Assembly (NCBI GenBank): GCA_965223265.1
Contig: OZ244999.1
Span: forward strand, 2,016,001 to 2,080,000
Direction of reading: 5' to 3'
Source: Planctomycetota bacterium
GTDB lineage: Bacteria; Planctomycetota; UBA8108; SXIK01
DNA: 64,000 bases
A program made the translations under genes and the position numbers. The first letter of the stretch is position 1. Each line of letters starts with the position of its first letter. Under the pieces are notes generated by a model, which ran no database searches, was not told the DNA's origin, and saw only the letters and a program-made list of their open reading frames with translations. Positions 46,730 to 57,760 of this stretch are shown here, in pieces.

Positions 46730-48010
46730 ATGAAGAGCTTCTCTTTCGAGCCCGGACTTCTGCAGGAGCCGCCCGTTTTCACCGTGACACAAGTGACGGG
46801 CGCGCTGCGTGAGACGCTCGAAGAGGCGTTTCCGTACGTGCGCGTCCAAGGTGAGATCTCGAATTTTTCGCGGCCGCAGTCTGGGCATCTTTACTTTTCC
46901 CTTGTGGACGACGCCGCCAGCGCCGGGACGTCGCGGATGGCGTCCGCGCAGCTGCCATGCGTGATGTGGCGTTCGTCGGCGTCGCGGTTGAAGTTTCGTC
47001 CGGAGAATGGTGTTCGGGTCGTCGTTGCCGGTCGGCTAACGGTCTATGAGCCTCGCGGCACGTATCAGCTCGTGGCAGATCGTCTGCAACCGGTCGGCCT
47101 CGGCGAGCTGCAGCGTCGATTCGACGCGTTGAAGGAAGACCTCTATCGCGAAGGTCTCTTTGCCGCCGAACGCAAACGGCCCCTGCCGCGCTGGCCGGCG
47201 TGCATCGGGCTGGTAACCTCTCCCACTGGAGCCGCGATACGAGATTTTCTCCGCATCCTGTTCCAGCGCCATCCACGTGCCTGGGTGCGTGTTGTTCCCG
47301 TACGCGTTCAGGGCGATGGCTCGGCCTCGGAGATTGTCGCTGCGCTCGACGTGCTCAACCGTTCGGGATCGCCGGTTGACGTGATCGTTGTGACGCGCGG
47401 CGGTGGCAGCCTGGAAGATCTCTGGTCGTTCAATGAAGAGCCGGTCGCGCGTGCGATCGCGGCAAGCGCCGTACCCGTCGTTTCAGCGATAGGACACGAG
47501 GTCGACTATACGATCGCGGACTTCGTCGCCGACGCCCGCGCGCAAACTCCGACCCATGCGAGCGAGTTGGTCGTGCCAGACGTTAGTGAGGTGACCGAAA
47601 GGCTTGGGGCGACGCTACGCCGGCTTCACCTTGCCGCCGGTGGTATCGTCGCGCGCCGCCGCGAGCGGGTCGACGAGAGGCTCCAGTCACGTACATTCGC
47701 GCGACCCGTCGAGATGTTGGCGAGGCGGGCGGAGTACGTGGACCAACTTTTCGACAAACTCGACAGTGGCCTTCAACGGTGGCTCGTTCGCCAAGAGCAT
47801 GAAATTCAAGCACTTGCTGGTCGACTGGGGGCATTGGATCCACGAAGAGTCTTGGCGCGAGGTTATGCGAAAGTGACCAATGCGGATGGAGAGATAGTCC
47901 TGAACGCTCGACAAGTGAAGATCGGCGAGCTTGTCGCCGTCGAACTGGCCTCTGGTCGAATCGAGGCGCGTGTCGAGTCGAACGGCGACGCATCGGAGTT
48001 TGCTGAATGA
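46730..48010 (+). CDS. xseA: Exodeoxyribonuclease VII large subunit
   Basis: [42 protein letters not shown] and SAIGHEVD. Confidence 0.97.
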   Translation: MKSFSFEPGLLQEPPVFTVTQVTGALRETLEEAFPYVRVQGEISNFSRPQSGHLYFSLVDDAASAGTSRMASAQLPCVMWRSSASRLKFRPENGVRVVVAGRLTVYEPRGTYQLVADRLQPVGLGELQRRFDALKEDLYREGLFAAERKRPLPRWPACIGLVTSPTGAAIRDFLRILFQRHPRAWVRVVPVRVQGDGSASEIVAALDVLNRSGSPVDVIVVTRGGGSLEDLWSFNEEPVARAIAASAVPVVSAIGHEVDYTIADFVADARAQTPTHASELVVPDVSEVTERLGATLRRLHLAAGGIVARRRERVDERLQSRTFARPVEMLARRAEYVDQLFDKLDSGLQRWLVRQEHEIQALAGRLGALDPRRVLARGYAKVTNADGEIVLNARQVKIGELVAVELASGRIEARVESNGDASEFAE

Positions 48011-48360
48011 GTGAGCCGGAACAAAGTCCCTACACATCGTTTGAAGAAGCGTTTGAGGCGGCAGAGAACGCAAGCGATCGACTCGAGCGCGGCGACCTAA
48101 CTCTCGAGGCGAGCTTGAAAGAATACGAACGCGGCGCACGTGCTCTGCGTGAGTGTTATCGGATGCTCGAGACGGCGCAATCACGGCTGGAAGTGCTGCG
48201 CTCGGAGACGCGAAGTGACGGAAACGATTCAGACAGCGCAGCATGGGTTGTCGCCAAACCATCTGGGCCGTTGGAAGAGGTGCTTCGGCATTTGGGGCAG
48301 GAGGGGGAAACGCCTCAGAGCGACGGTGCTTCAGAGGCAGGAAGGATCGTCAAAGAATGA
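48007..48360 (+). CDS. xseB: Exodeoxyribonuclease VII small subunit
   Basis: SFEEAF..LERGDLTLEASLKEYERG. ATGA overlap with xseA. Confidence 0.92.
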   Translation: MSEPEQSPYTSFEEAFEAAENASDRLERGDLTLEASLKEYERGARALRECYRMLETAQSRLEVLRSETRSDGNDSDSAAWVVAKPSGPLEEVLRHLGQEGETPQSDGASEAGRIVKE

Positions 48361-48489
48361 CGAGATTTCCTTGTCTTCTGGCAGATGCGAACTATTATTC
48401 TTCGTTTGAACTTGCAGCGACGGCCCGGCGGCCGCAACGGCCGGCCAGTGAGCTTGTCGATTGAGCTGAGTTCGAAGAGGAGCCCGCTC

Positions 48490-50514
48490 ATGCCTGATGT
48501 CCTGTCTCGTGTCGATCATCCTCATGATCTGCGCGGACTCTCGATCGCGGAGCTTGAACAGCTCGCTACAGAGATTCGCCAGCGGATTATGGAGGTCGTC
48601 AACGTCAACGGGGGGCACCTGGCGTCCAATCTCGGCATGGTCGAACTGACGCTGGCGCTTCATCGCGTCTTCGATCTGCCTCACGATCGTCTCGTTTGGG
48701 ACGTGAGTCATCAGACGTACCCCCACAAATTGCTCACGGGGCGTAAGGATCGATTTCATCTTCTCCGCAAATACAACGGGATTAGTGGGTTCTGCAACAA
48801 ACGCGAGAGCGTCTTCGATCTCTTCGACGCTGGTCACGCGGGTACGGCGGTGTCGCTCGGACTCGGCGTCGCCGTTGCCGACCACCTTCTCGGTCGGCGA
48901 AGTAAGACGATTGCGGTAGTTGGCGATGCAGCGATTGCCGCCGGCATGGCATTTGAAGCGCTGAACCATGCCGGCGAGCTGAAACGCGACTTCATGGTCG
49001 TGCTCAACGACAATCGAATGTCGATCGACGTCTCGGTGGGGGCGCTGTCGAAGTACCTGAACAAGCTGCGCACAAAGCCCAAGTACCAAGATCTCAAGAA
49101 GGATATGCACGACGTCTTGTCGCGCATTCCGGTGGTCGGCAAACGGATGGAAGGGACGCTCGACCACGTTCGGGAGTCGATCAAGCATTCGTTTGTGCCT
49201 GGACTGATTTTTCAGGAGCTTGGTTTCAACTACTACGGGCCGGTCGACGGACACGATCTTTCGGGACTGCTGCAAGTTTTCGAGGATTTGAAACAGCAGA
49301 GCGCTCCGATTCTCCTGCACCTTCACTCGGTGAAGGGGTGCGGCTACGATCCCGCGACGAACGATCCGGTCAAGTACCATGCTCTGAAGGGCTTTCTCAA
49401 GAAAGACACCGTCGGCGACAAGAGCGACGAGACGGACAAGACCGACAAGACCGTCAAGCCGGAGACAGCGGCGCCGCCGAAGCCGCGTCAGGTGATGTAC
49501 TCCGACGTCTTCGCGGAAACGCTGATCGAAGCCGCGCGCAAGGATCGGCGCTTGGTGGCGATCACGGCCGGCATGCCTGGCGGGACAGGGTTGACGGCGT
49601 TCGCCAAAGAGTTTCCAGAACGTTACTTCGACGTCGGCATCGCGGAGCAGCATGGCGCCGCAGTCAGCTCTGGGATGGCGTACGGCGGCTTGAAGGCCGT
49701 GTTCGCCGTCTACTCAACGTTTTGCCAGCGTGCGTACGACCAGTTCGTGCATGACGTTTGCATTCAAGAGAATCCGGTCATCCTCTGCCTGGATAGGGCT
49801 GGTCTGGTCGAGGATGGATGGACGCACCATGGCGTGTTCGACATCGCCTACATGCGCTGCATTCCGAACTGTATTTTGATGGCGCCCAGAGACGCCGAAG
49901 AGTACGTGCGAATGTTCCAGCTGGCTCTTGAGCAGACCGACAAGTGCGTCGCGATACGATACCCCAAGGCCGCGGTGCCGAAACTGCCCTCGAGTCGTGA
50001 GCCGCAGCTCGTCCTTGGCAAAGCCGAAACCCTTCGACAGGGCGAAGGCGTGGCGATCCTCGCCTACGGTGCGATGGTCGAGTTGGCCTACCAAGCTGCT
50101 TCTGAGCTCGAGCAAGGCGGTGTTGATGTTACCGTCGTCAATGCTCGATTTGCTAAGCCCTTCGACACGGACCTTCTGTGTCGACTCGCGCCGCGGCACC
50201 ACAGCTTGATCACGATCGAGGAGCATGCGCTCGCCGGTGGTTTTGGCAGCGCCGTCCTCGAGCACATTGCCGATCTCAACTTGTCGTTCTCGCGCGTGGT
50301 CCGTATGGGCGTGCCGGATCACTTTCAGAACATCGGCGCGCGTGAGCACTTGCTTCAGGACTGCGGGCTGACGGTCGAGAACATCGTGAGCTCCGCTCGC
50401 GAGCTTCACAGTGGCAGCGAGTCGACCCTGCCAACGGCGCAGAGACCGGTTCGAACCAGCGGCGCTGAGGCTTCAGGGCGGAGTCGGTCGGACCTTTCAT
50501 CGCCGGTTCGGTGA
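48490..50514 (+). CDS. dxs: 1-deoxy-D-xylulose-5-phosphate synthase
   Basis: [42 protein letters not shown] and DVGIAEQH. Confidence 0.98.
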   Translation: MPDVLSRVDHPHDLRGLSIAELEQLATEIRQRIMEVVNVNGGHLASNLGMVELTLALHRVFDLPHDRLVWDVSHQTYPHKLLTGRKDRFHLLRKYNGISGFCNKRESVFDLFDAGHAGTAVSLGLGVAVADHLLGRRSKTIAVVGDAAIAAGMAFEALNHAGELKRDFMVVLNDNRMSIDVSVGALSKYLNKLRTKPKYQDLKKDMHDVLSRIPVVGKRMEGTLDHVRESIKHSFVPGLIFQELGFNYYGPVDGHDLSGLLQVFEDLKQQSAPILLHLHSVKGCGYDPATNDPVKYHALKGFLKKDTVGDKSDETDKTDKTVKPETAAPPKPRQVMYSDVFAETLIEAARKDRRLVAITAGMPGGTGLTAFAKEFPERYFDVGIAEQHGAAVSSGMAYGGLKAVFAVYSTFCQRAYDQFVHDVCIQENPVILCLDRAGLVEDGWTHHGVFDIAYMRCIPNCILMAPRDAEEYVRMFQLALEQTDKCVAIRYPKAAVPKLPSSREPQLVLGKAETLRQGEGVAILAYGAMVELAYQAASELEQGGVDVTVVNARFAKPFDTDLLCRLAPRHHSLITIEEHALAGGFGSAVLEHIADLNLSFSRVVRMGVPDHFQNIGAREHLLQDCGLTVENIVSSARELHSGSESTLPTAQRPVRTSGAEASGRSRSDLSSPVR

Positions 50515-50564
50515 GGCTCACCCCACGGATCTTCGCGCGAACCATCTTTCTGGAGCAGCACCGC

Positions 50565-51020
50565 ATGCGCGCCGTCGTCCAGCGGGTGAATCACGCCGAA
50601 GTGACAGTTGGCGGTGCGTGCACCGGAAAGATCGAGCGTGGTCTTCTTGTCTTTCTTGGTATCGGCCGGAACGACACCGATGACGACGTCCGCTACTTGG
50701 CTGAAAAAGTAGTCGACTTGCGCATCTTTCCCGGCGCGGACGGCAAGTCGATGCAGCGGTCGCTTCGAGACTTGTCCGGCGGCGAGGTGCTGCTTGTCTC
50801 TCAGTTCACGCTCTATGGTGATTGCCGCAAGGGCCGGAGGCCAAGTTTTGACGCTGCCGCGCAACCCGAGACTGCCAAGACTCTTTACAGGGGATTCGCG
50901 GCGGCTTTGACCGCGAGAGGATTTCCGCCGCAGGAAGGAGTCTTCGCTGCGCAGATGTTAGTGTCGCTGGAAAACGACGGGCCAGTGACCATTCTTCTCG
51001 ACAGCGAACGGACTTTCTGA
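50565..51020 (+). CDS. dtd: D-aminoacyl-tRNA deacylase
   Basis: [20 protein letters not shown] and NDGPVT. Confidence 0.97.
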   Translation: MRAVVQRVNHAEVTVGGACTGKIERGLLVFLGIGRNDTDDDVRYLAEKVVDLRIFPGADGKSMQRSLRDLSGGEVLLVSQFTLYGDCRKGRRPSFDAAAQPETAKTLYRGFAAALTARGFPPQEGVFAAQMLVSLENDGPVTILLDSERTF

Positions 51021-51088
51021 AACCGAACCACCGCCGCAGTAGAATCTCGTGCGAAATCCCGGCTGAGATAGTCTAATAGTCATAGCCT

Positions 51089-51919
51089 ATGCCCACCGCC
51101 ACCGCCTCTCCACGCAACTACTATGAGGTCTTGAACGTCTCGCCGCATGCGAGCCTTGACGATATCCGTCGCGCGTTCAAGCGGCAGGTCATCGAGGCTC
51201 ATCCGGACAAGAATCCTGAGCGGCGCGACTGGTCGGAGCGGCGCGTTCGAGAGCTCATTCAGGCGTACGAGATCATCGGCAAGGCGGACTCTCGTGAGCG
51301 TTTCGACCGTGAGTATCGAGCCTACAGCCGCATCCGTCGTAAGCGAGGATTGCAGCGACCGTTCTTTTTCGACCGCACTGATCCGGGGTCGCGCGCACTG
51401 TTGATCCTCCACCATCTCGGCCGCCAGGAATCGGACCGTGCGGTGGATCTCGTCTGGGAGATGGAAACGCGGCTTGGTGGCCGATTCCTTGAGGACTACC
51501 TCGATCGCAGTGACTATCTCGACTGTCTCTTTTTGCTCGCCGAGCATCACGTGCTGCGGCGGCAGTTCCGAGAAGCTTTCAACCGTCTGCGAGAGTTCTA
51601 CCTCGAAGACCGCGATGCGGTCAATCGACGCCATTACTTTGACCAAGTGGTTGATCGACTCAAGGATCTCTACCTCCGAAAACTCCCGCCCGTTGTCGCC
51701 TCGCAGGAGATACCGCGACTGATGCGTGAAGTCGAAGGCCTTGGTCTGACGAAAGCAGAAGAGAAGCTTCGCTTGCGGCGCCTCGCGGAAGCGCATGTCG
51801 ATAGTGGAAATCTGCAGGCTGCCCGCTCGGTGATCGGGGTTCTGCGTAGCACGTTTCCCAAGGCGAAGGAAATCGAAAAGATCGAGAGTCTGCTCTCGCG
51901 TCGCGAGCGTTCCGCTTGA
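51089..51919 (+). CDS. J-domain protein with a helical (TPR-like) C-terminus
   Basis: NYYEVLNV..HPDKNP..AYEII. Confidence 0.88.
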   Translation: MPTATASPRNYYEVLNVSPHASLDDIRRAFKRQVIEAHPDKNPERRDWSERRVRELIQAYEIIGKADSRERFDREYRAYSRIRRKRGLQRPFFFDRTDPGSRALLILHHLGRQESDRAVDLVWEMETRLGGRFLEDYLDRSDYLDCLFLLAEHHVLRRQFREAFNRLREFYLEDRDAVNRRHYFDQVVDRLKDLYLRKLPPVVASQEIPRLMREVEGLGLTKAEEKLRLRRLAEAHVDSGNLQAARSVIGVLRSTFPKAKEIEKIESLLSRRERSA

Positions 51920-51948
51920 CGTGACGTGCACTCGTTTGGAGTGGAGAA

Positions 51949-53058
51949 ATGAACGACACCCTGCACATGCATGCGGTGATCATGGCCGGGGGGTCGGGAA
52001 CTCGTTTCTGGCCGCTGAGCCGTAAGAATCTTCCGAAGCAGTTTCTTGCGCTCACCAGCGAGAAGAGTCTCTTGCGCGAGACGTATCTGCGTCTTCGGGA
52101 AGTCGTCAGCGCCGACCGCATCTGGGTCATCGCCAACGCGCATCACGTCGACCTCGCGCGTTCGGAGCTGCCGGAGGTGCCACCGGAGAACATCATCGGC
52201 GAGCCGGTGGGCCGCAACACGGCTCCGTGCATCGGTCTGGCCGCGGCGTGCGTCGCGGCGAAGGATCCCCAGGCACGACTGCTCGTTTGCCCTGCTGATC
52301 ACAGCATTCGGCCAGTGCCTGAGTTTGCCAGCAGTGTCGCCACGGCGCTCGCGGCCTTGGATCAGCTTGAGACAGAAGATGAGCCCTTCACCGTCACCTT
52401 TGGGATCAAGCCGCACTATCCTGCAACTGGATTCGGCTACATCGAACGAGGCGAAGGGATTCGCGTTGCCGGTGAAGACGCCGGCGTCTTTTCAGTCTCC
52501 AAGTTCAAGGAAAAACCGAGCTCGGACGTGGCGCGCGAGTATATCGACAGTGGCAGCTTCTACTGGAACTCGGGGATCTTTCTCTGGCGTGCTGGCGGCA
52601 TTCTTCAGCTGATCGAGACGCACCTGCCCGAGCTGTCTGCCGGGATCGACCTGCTCTCTCAATCGGGTCTCGAGCCGGCCGATTTGCAGACCACGCTCGA
52701 CGAGCATTTCGCTCGTTTGCCCTCGATTTCGATCGACTACGGGGTTCTAGAGAAGACACCGAGCGTTGCCGTTGTCGAGGCGACGTTCGAATGGGATGAT
52801 GTTGGATCCTGGAAGGCTGTTGAGCGCTATGCCACCGACGACGGCGCCGGTAACCATGTCATCGGTCGCCACGTTGGTATCGACACCGGGCGCTCCATCG
52901 TCGTCGCTGGGAAGCGACTTGTTGCCACGATCGGGCTCAGCGATGTCGTCGTCGTCGAAACGGATGATGCAGTGCTGGTCTGTCACCGCGACCACACTGA
53001 ACGGGTGCGCGAGGTTGTCGACTTGCTGCCGGAGTGCGGCGAGGAACAGCTGCAGTGA
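51949..53058 (+). CDS. manC: Mannose-1-phosphate guanylyltransferase
   Basis: IMAGGSGTRFWPLSR..PKQFL, EPVGRNTAP, FKEKP, WNSGIF, SIDYGVLE and WDDVGSW. Confidence 0.95.
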   Translation: MNDTLHMHAVIMAGGSGTRFWPLSRKNLPKQFLALTSEKSLLRETYLRLREVVSADRIWVIANAHHVDLARSELPEVPPENIIGEPVGRNTAPCIGLAAACVAAKDPQARLLVCPADHSIRPVPEFASSVATALAALDQLETEDEPFTVTFGIKPHYPATGFGYIERGEGIRVAGEDAGVFSVSKFKEKPSSDVAREYIDSGSFYWNSGIFLWRAGGILQLIETHLPELSAGIDLLSQSGLEPADLQTTLDEHFARLPSISIDYGVLEKTPSVAVVEATFEWDDVGSWKAVERYATDDGAGNHVIGRHVGIDTGRSIVVAGKRLVATIGLSDVVVVETDDAVLVCHRDHTERVREVVDLLPECGEEQLQ

Positions 53059-53077
53059 GTGAAGCGGCGGGCGACGC

Positions 53078-53542
53078 ATGACGCGTCTTCTCGGCATTGA
53101 CCACGGTGACAAACGGATCGGGCTGGCGCTCAGCGATGAACTGCAGCGGATCGCTACGCCGCATGGAGTCGCGCACGGCGAGGCGGAGTTGGGGCGCGAA
53201 ATAGAGCGACTCATTCGTGACGAGTCGCTCGTCGGTTTAGTCGTTGGACTACCGCTCAATATGGATGGTAGCGCGGGTCCCAAGGCGCGTCAGGTGCTCG
53301 AGTTTGTCGAGCGACTGAAGCAGCGATTCGACTTGCCCGTTGAGACCATCGACGAGCGACTGACGAGCGTCCAGGCCGAGTCCATGCTCCGCGACATGGG
53401 GGTGCCGCCAAAGAAGCGAGCCGCCCGGATCGATCAGGTTGCGGCGCAGATCATCCTGCAGGATTTCCTCGACGCGCAGGCCCGGCGGCGACAAGGCGGC
53501 GACGGACCCACGGACGCTTCCGGACTCGCGGATTGCCCTTAG
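53078..53542 (+). CDS. ruvX: YqgF/RuvX pre-16S rRNA nuclease
   Basis: LGIDHGDKRIGLALSD, VVGLPLNMDG, DERLTS and IDQVAAQIILQ. Confidence 0.95.
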   Translation: MTRLLGIDHGDKRIGLALSDELQRIATPHGVAHGEAELGREIERLIRDESLVGLVVGLPLNMDGSAGPKARQVLEFVERLKQRFDLPVETIDERLTSVQAESMLRDMGVPPKKRAARIDQVAAQIILQDFLDAQARRRQGGDGPTDASGLADCP

Positions 53543-53792
53543 ACGTTTACACCCTGAGCTTTACGTTGTTCCCCGAGCTTCGAGATGTCACTACAAAGGG
53601 TGGAAAAAGAGTGGTTTTCACCGCTCCGCGGTGGTGTTAGGATATGGGGCTTGTTCGATCACCGGGATAAAGAGGACGCGCGAGCCTGGCTATCTCGCTG
53701 GTTGTAGGTGTGACCGCGGGCGTCCGTGAGCGGGGGCTCAACGTCCAGGCCTCGAAATCCTAAGCACAGGAATTTTAATCAAACTGGTCTCA

Positions 53793-54062
53793 ATGAGCTT
53801 GACCAAAGAGGAATCAGCACGCATTCGCGGCGAGTACGCCCGCAAGCAGAACGACAGCGGATCGCCCGAAGTTCAAGTCGCACTCTTGAGCGCCCGCATC
53901 AAGAGCATCACCGAGCACCTCAAGAGCCACAAAAAGGACCATGCGTCCCGTCGTGGACTTCGCATGCTCGTCGGTCGGCGATCGAAACTTTTGCGCTATC
54001 TGTCACGCAAGAATTTCGATCGTTACCGTAACCTGATCGAGTCGCTTGGCCTGCGCCGGTAG
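53793..54062 (+). CDS. rpsO: 30S ribosomal protein S15
   Basis: [24 protein letters not shown] and LGLRR. 89 aa. Confidence 0.98.
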   Translation: MSLTKEESARIRGEYARKQNDSGSPEVQVALLSARIKSITEHLKSHKKDHASRRGLRMLVGRRSKLLRYLSRKNFDRYRNLIESLGLRR

Positions 54063-54655
54063 AGCCAACGAAGCTGCGCGTCCTCGGCACAAGCGCGCGC
54101 TCAGGCGACAATGCCCGACTCTGTGTCTCTCCACAGAGACGGCGTCCGGCGTTCTGGGTGACGGGCTGCGGCTGCCTCGCAGATTCGCGTCGCGTCACGA
54201 ACTCCCTTATCGGGCGTTCGTACGCCGTCGCTGCGGGTGGCAGAAGCCGACTGGCAGAGTGAGCCGGCCAGCCTTGATCGGAGACTCGCTGCGCATCCGA
54301 GTGAGAAATCTGTTGAGCCTGCGGCTGAGGCCCAAAATGTGCCGAAGATAAGGCGATGAGATGTGACGTTATAGGCAACAGATGCCGCCAACGGAGTTCA
54401 TCGCAAGGAGGTGAAACGGACGAAAATCCCTGACCGGCTGGGCGGTCTGCTGAAGAATAAGAATCAAAGATGCGGCCTTAAGGAACTGTCACGAGGCCAA
54501 GATGTTTCCCGCCGTCTGCGGGCGTGTCCGCCGTTTGCTGCGACGTCTCTCAGCTTTGGAGTCGCTGCGCCGTTCGGACCATGAGGCGACCTGTGCGTTG
54601 AGTCGGGTGGATCCGACTCCTCAGGTCGAAGAGGTTGAAAGCAGGTTAGATCAAG

Positions 54656-56770
54656 ATGATTCACAAAGTTGAGAAGGTGATTGGCGGCCGGACCCTGAGT
54701 ATCGAGACTGGACGCATTGCTCGACAGGCCGCCGGGGCGGTGCTCGTCGCTTACGGCGAGACGTCAGTTTTTTGCGCCGTGACCTTGGCCGAACCACGAG
54801 AAGGTTTGGATTTTTTTCCACTCACCGTCGACTACCGGGAAAAGACGTTCGCGGCAGGAAAGTTCCCAGGCGGATTCTTTAAGCGAGAAGGCCGTCCGAC
54901 GACCAAGGAGATCCTTACCTGCCGGCTCATGGATCGTCCCATTCGTCCGCTTTTTCCATCCGAGTTCAAGATGGATACGGCGGTTCAGTCGATGGTCCTG
55001 TCGGCTGATGGTGAAAACGATCCGGATATCCTGGCAATGGTCGCTTCGTCGGCGGCGCTGGCGATTTCCGAGGCGCCGTTCGGAGGCCCAACCGGGTCGG
55101 TGCGCATTGGGCAAGTCGACGGCGAGCTCGTCGTCAACCCAACGATCTCAGAGCTGGACGCCAGCGAAATCGATCTGGTGGTTTCAGGGACGCGTGATGC
55201 GGTGACGATGGTCGAGGCTGGCGCCAAAGAAATCTCTGAGGAGCGTATGCTCGAAGCGATCGTCTTTGGTCACGGCGTGATCAAAGAGATCATCGAGCTT
55301 CAGGAAGAGCTCGTGCGACGATGCGGCAAGCCGAAGCTTGAGCTCGAACCGCTCGAGGATCATTCGGCGCTGACCACCGATCTGAGAAATCGCTATTTCG
55401 ATCAGATTCCAGGTGTTCTGCGCACTGAAGGCAAGCTCGCGCGCAAGGAAGCGACGAAGAAGTTCGTCGAAGCGTGCCTCGACGAAGTCGCTCCCGAGCC
55501 TGAGGAAGGCGCGGAACCTCCCGCGGGACAACCCGATCGCAAACTCGTCAAGGCACTCTTGAACGAGCTCGCGGAGGAAGCTGAGCGCGAAATGATCCTT
55601 GGCGGCACCCGCACCGACGGGAGGAGTCAAACGGATATCCGCGACCTGTCGATGGAGGTCGGGTTCCTGCCGCGCGTGCATGGCACGGCGCTGTTCACCC
55701 GCGGCGAGACTCAGTCGATCTCGACGGTGACGCTCGGAACGCGGGAGGATCAGCAGATCGTCGATGGCCTCGGCGACGAGGTCAAAGAGAAGTTCATGCT
55801 GCACTACAACTTTCCGTCCTATTGTGTCGGAGAGACGTGGCCGAATCGTGGCCCCAAGCGACGAGAGATCGGCCACGGCGCGTTGGCATCGCGCGCCATC
55901 AAGGCTGTGCTGCCTGACGTCGACAAGTTCCCCTACACCATCCGCGTCGTCTCGGACATCACGGAGTCGAACGGCTCGTCGTCGATGGCGACGGTTTGCG
56001 GCGGTACGCTGGCGCTCATGGACGCCGGTGTGCCCATTCAGCAGCCGGTCGCCGGCATCGCCATGGGCCTTGTCAAGCAGGACGACCGCGTCGCGATTCT
56101 GAGTGACATTCTCGGCAGCGAAGATCACAACGGGGACATGGACTTCAAGGTCGCCGGGACACAGCGCGGCATTACGGCGCTGCAGATGGATATCAAGGTC
56201 ACCGGAATCTCGCAAGAGATCATGTCGCGTGCGCTCGCGCAGGCGAAAGAGGGGCGGATTCATCTGCTCAGGCAGATGCTGAAGGTGCTGCCACGACCAC
56301 GCGACGAGGTGTCTCCGTATGCTCCGAAGTTCTGCACCATGCGCATCGATCCGGAGAAGATCGGCATCGTGATTGGGCCGAGTGGCAAGGTGATCAAGGG
56401 CATTCAGGAAGAGACCGGTGCCAAGATCGACATCGAAGACGACGGCCGCGTCAACATCTGGGGCACGTCATTCGCGAGTGCACGTGCGGCGCAGGTGCGT
56501 ATCGAGTCCTTGACTGAGGAAGTGCGGCCAGGACGCACCTATGAAGGCAAGGTCGTCTCGATCAAGGATTTCGGCTGTTTCGTCGAGGTGCTACCGGGAC
56601 AGGAAGGCCTTGTGCACGTCTCCGAACTTGGAGATGGCTTCGTTCAGAAGGTCAGCGACGTCGTCAAGATCGGTGACATCATTTCGGTGAAGTGCATCGG
56701 AGTCGACAACCAAGGTCGCATCAAACTGTCGAAGAAGGCCGCGGAAGAAGGCGCGCACAACCCCGGTTGA
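54656..56770 (+). CDS. pnp: Polyribonucleotide nucleotidyltransferase
   Basis: FFPLTVDY, RLMDRPIRPLF, RREIGHG, SNGSSSMA and GDMDFKVAGT. KH and S1 domains. Confidence 0.98.
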   Translation: MIHKVEKVIGGRTLSIETGRIARQAAGAVLVAYGETSVFCAVTLAEPREGLDFFPLTVDYREKTFAAGKFPGGFFKREGRPTTKEILTCRLMDRPIRPLFPSEFKMDTAVQSMVLSADGENDPDILAMVASSAALAISEAPFGGPTGSVRIGQVDGELVVNPTISELDASEIDLVVSGTRDAVTMVEAGAKEISEERMLEAIVFGHGVIKEIIELQEELVRRCGKPKLELEPLEDHSALTTDLRNRYFDQIPGVLRTEGKLARKEATKKFVEACLDEVAPEPEEGAEPPAGQPDRKLVKALLNELAEEAEREMILGGTRTDGRSQTDIRDLSMEVGFLPRVHGTALFTRGETQSISTVTLGTREDQQIVDGLGDEVKEKFMLHYNFPSYCVGETWPNRGPKRREIGHGALASRAIKAVLPDVDKFPYTIRVVSDITESNGSSSMATVCGGTLALMDAGVPIQQPVAGIAMGLVKQDDRVAILSDILGSEDHNGDMDFKVAGTQRGITALQMDIKVTGISQEIMSRALAQAKEGRIHLLRQMLKVLPRPRDEVSPYAPKFCTMRIDPEKIGIVIGPSGKVIKGIQEETGAKIDIEDDGRVNIWGTSFASARAAQVRIESLTEEVRPGRTYEGKVVSIKDFGCFVEVLPGQEGLVHVSELGDGFVQKVSDVVKIGDIISVKCIGVDNQGRIKLSKKAAEEGAHNPG

Positions 56771-56784
56771 TACTTTTTCGACAG

Positions 56785-56831
56785 CCGGAGGGGGCGGTGG
56801 CGCCTTTGGGCCACCGCCCCCTCCGGTTTTT
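56785..56831 (+). terminator. Intrinsic terminator of pnp
   Basis: CCGGAGGGGGCGGTGGC / GCCACCGCCCCCTCCGG followed by TTTTT. Confidence 0.92.
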
Positions 56832-57014
56832 CCGTGTCCTTGAGGCGGAGAAGGAGACGGAGCTTGCCACGTTCAGAGACCCACGAGAGCGTGCCTGCTG
56901 TTTGAGCGATTACGCCGACGCAATCGCAATCGTTCACGCCCACTGGCGCAGCCTCATCGGAAACGCAAGGGATTGCGCCCGCCGCGAGCGCAGCGGGCGC
57001 ATGGGCTCGCACGC

Positions 57015-57338
57015 TCAGCGAGTCAGCCCGCGAAGAAGTGCGAGCAGACGATCAAGCGTCTCGAGAGACGTCGTGACGTCGTCGCCTCTCAGATCGCCCC
57101 AGGCCAGAGCCAGTCGTAGCGCGGTCTCGACCTCGCGCGCACTGCCGCGCGCGACGCGAAAGAGGTGCTGGCGATCTTTCCCAGCGCGCTCGGCGCCTTC
57201 CGAGAGGTTGAGCGCCACCGAAGAAGCAGCGCGCCGAAGCTGCCGATGCAGATCGGGATCGAGCCGCCGAAGCCGCGCCAAAGGAACTCGCAAATCGCCA
57301 ATCAAAGCGAGACTGACATCGAGAGCGATGAAACGCAT
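57015..57338 (-). CDS. Four-helix-bundle protein (23S rRNA IVP / Avd-like), 107 aa, second paralog
   Basis: GGAGG RBS. QLRRAASSVALNLSEG and RVARGSAREV. Ungapped alignment to 26414-26737 (49/107 identical by hand). Confidence 0.9.
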   Translation of the reverse strand: MRFIALDVSLALIGDLRVPLARLRRLDPDLHRQLRRAASSVALNLSEGAERAGKDRQHLFRVARGSAREVETALRLALAWGDLRGDDVTTSLETLDRLLALLRGLTR

Positions 57339-57417
57339 GTGAAGCCTCCGCAGAAAAAGTGAGTCGAAAGCCCGCCACGTCCGAGCGGCGGTACTGCACC
57401 CCCCAACGCGGAGCGGA

Positions 57418-57472
57418 GGGGCAGTCAAGGGCGCGAAGCGCCGAGCGCAGCGAGGGCACCCTTGACTGCCCC
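57418..57472 (-). promoter_or_regulatory. Conserved branched hairpin upstream of the four-helix-bundle gene, copy 2
   Basis: Perfect 14-bp stem GGGGCAGTCAAGGG/CCCTTGACTGCCCC enclosing the shared core. Confidence 0.85.
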
Positions 57473-57519
57473 GAGCACCGCGTACACTCGACAATGACCG
57501 CCGCCGTACGGTGACCCCT

Positions 57520-57708
57520 GCTACAGAAGCAGAGGCGGAGACAGAGGCAGAAGCAGCGTCAGAAGCAGATACGGATCCAGAGACGGAGACGGGCCGCCCA
57601 CGCCTACGCCCACCCACACGCCCACGCACTCGCCCACGCACTCGCCCACGCACTCGCCCACGCACTCGCCCACGGCCTTGAAGCGCTTCTTGTTCGCGAC
57701 AATGGGGG
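57520..57708 (-). repeat. Leader + (GTGGGC/GAGTGC)n + (TCYGNN)n bipartite array
   Basis: (CACGCACTCGCC)x4 and a CAGAGG/CAGAAG tract. The leader is homologous to 45663-45711. Confidence 0.88.
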
Positions 57709-57760
57709 GCGGAGGCGGATCGCGGCATTGCATCACGCGTGGGCGCTGGTCTCGGCTCCC

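Noticed and set aside
45253-46782. Long ORFs of HT/TR/CV/AH dipeptide repeats, also at 25771-26395 and 57339-57736
   Set aside because: They are open in several frames on both strands only because the hexamer repeats lack stop codons.
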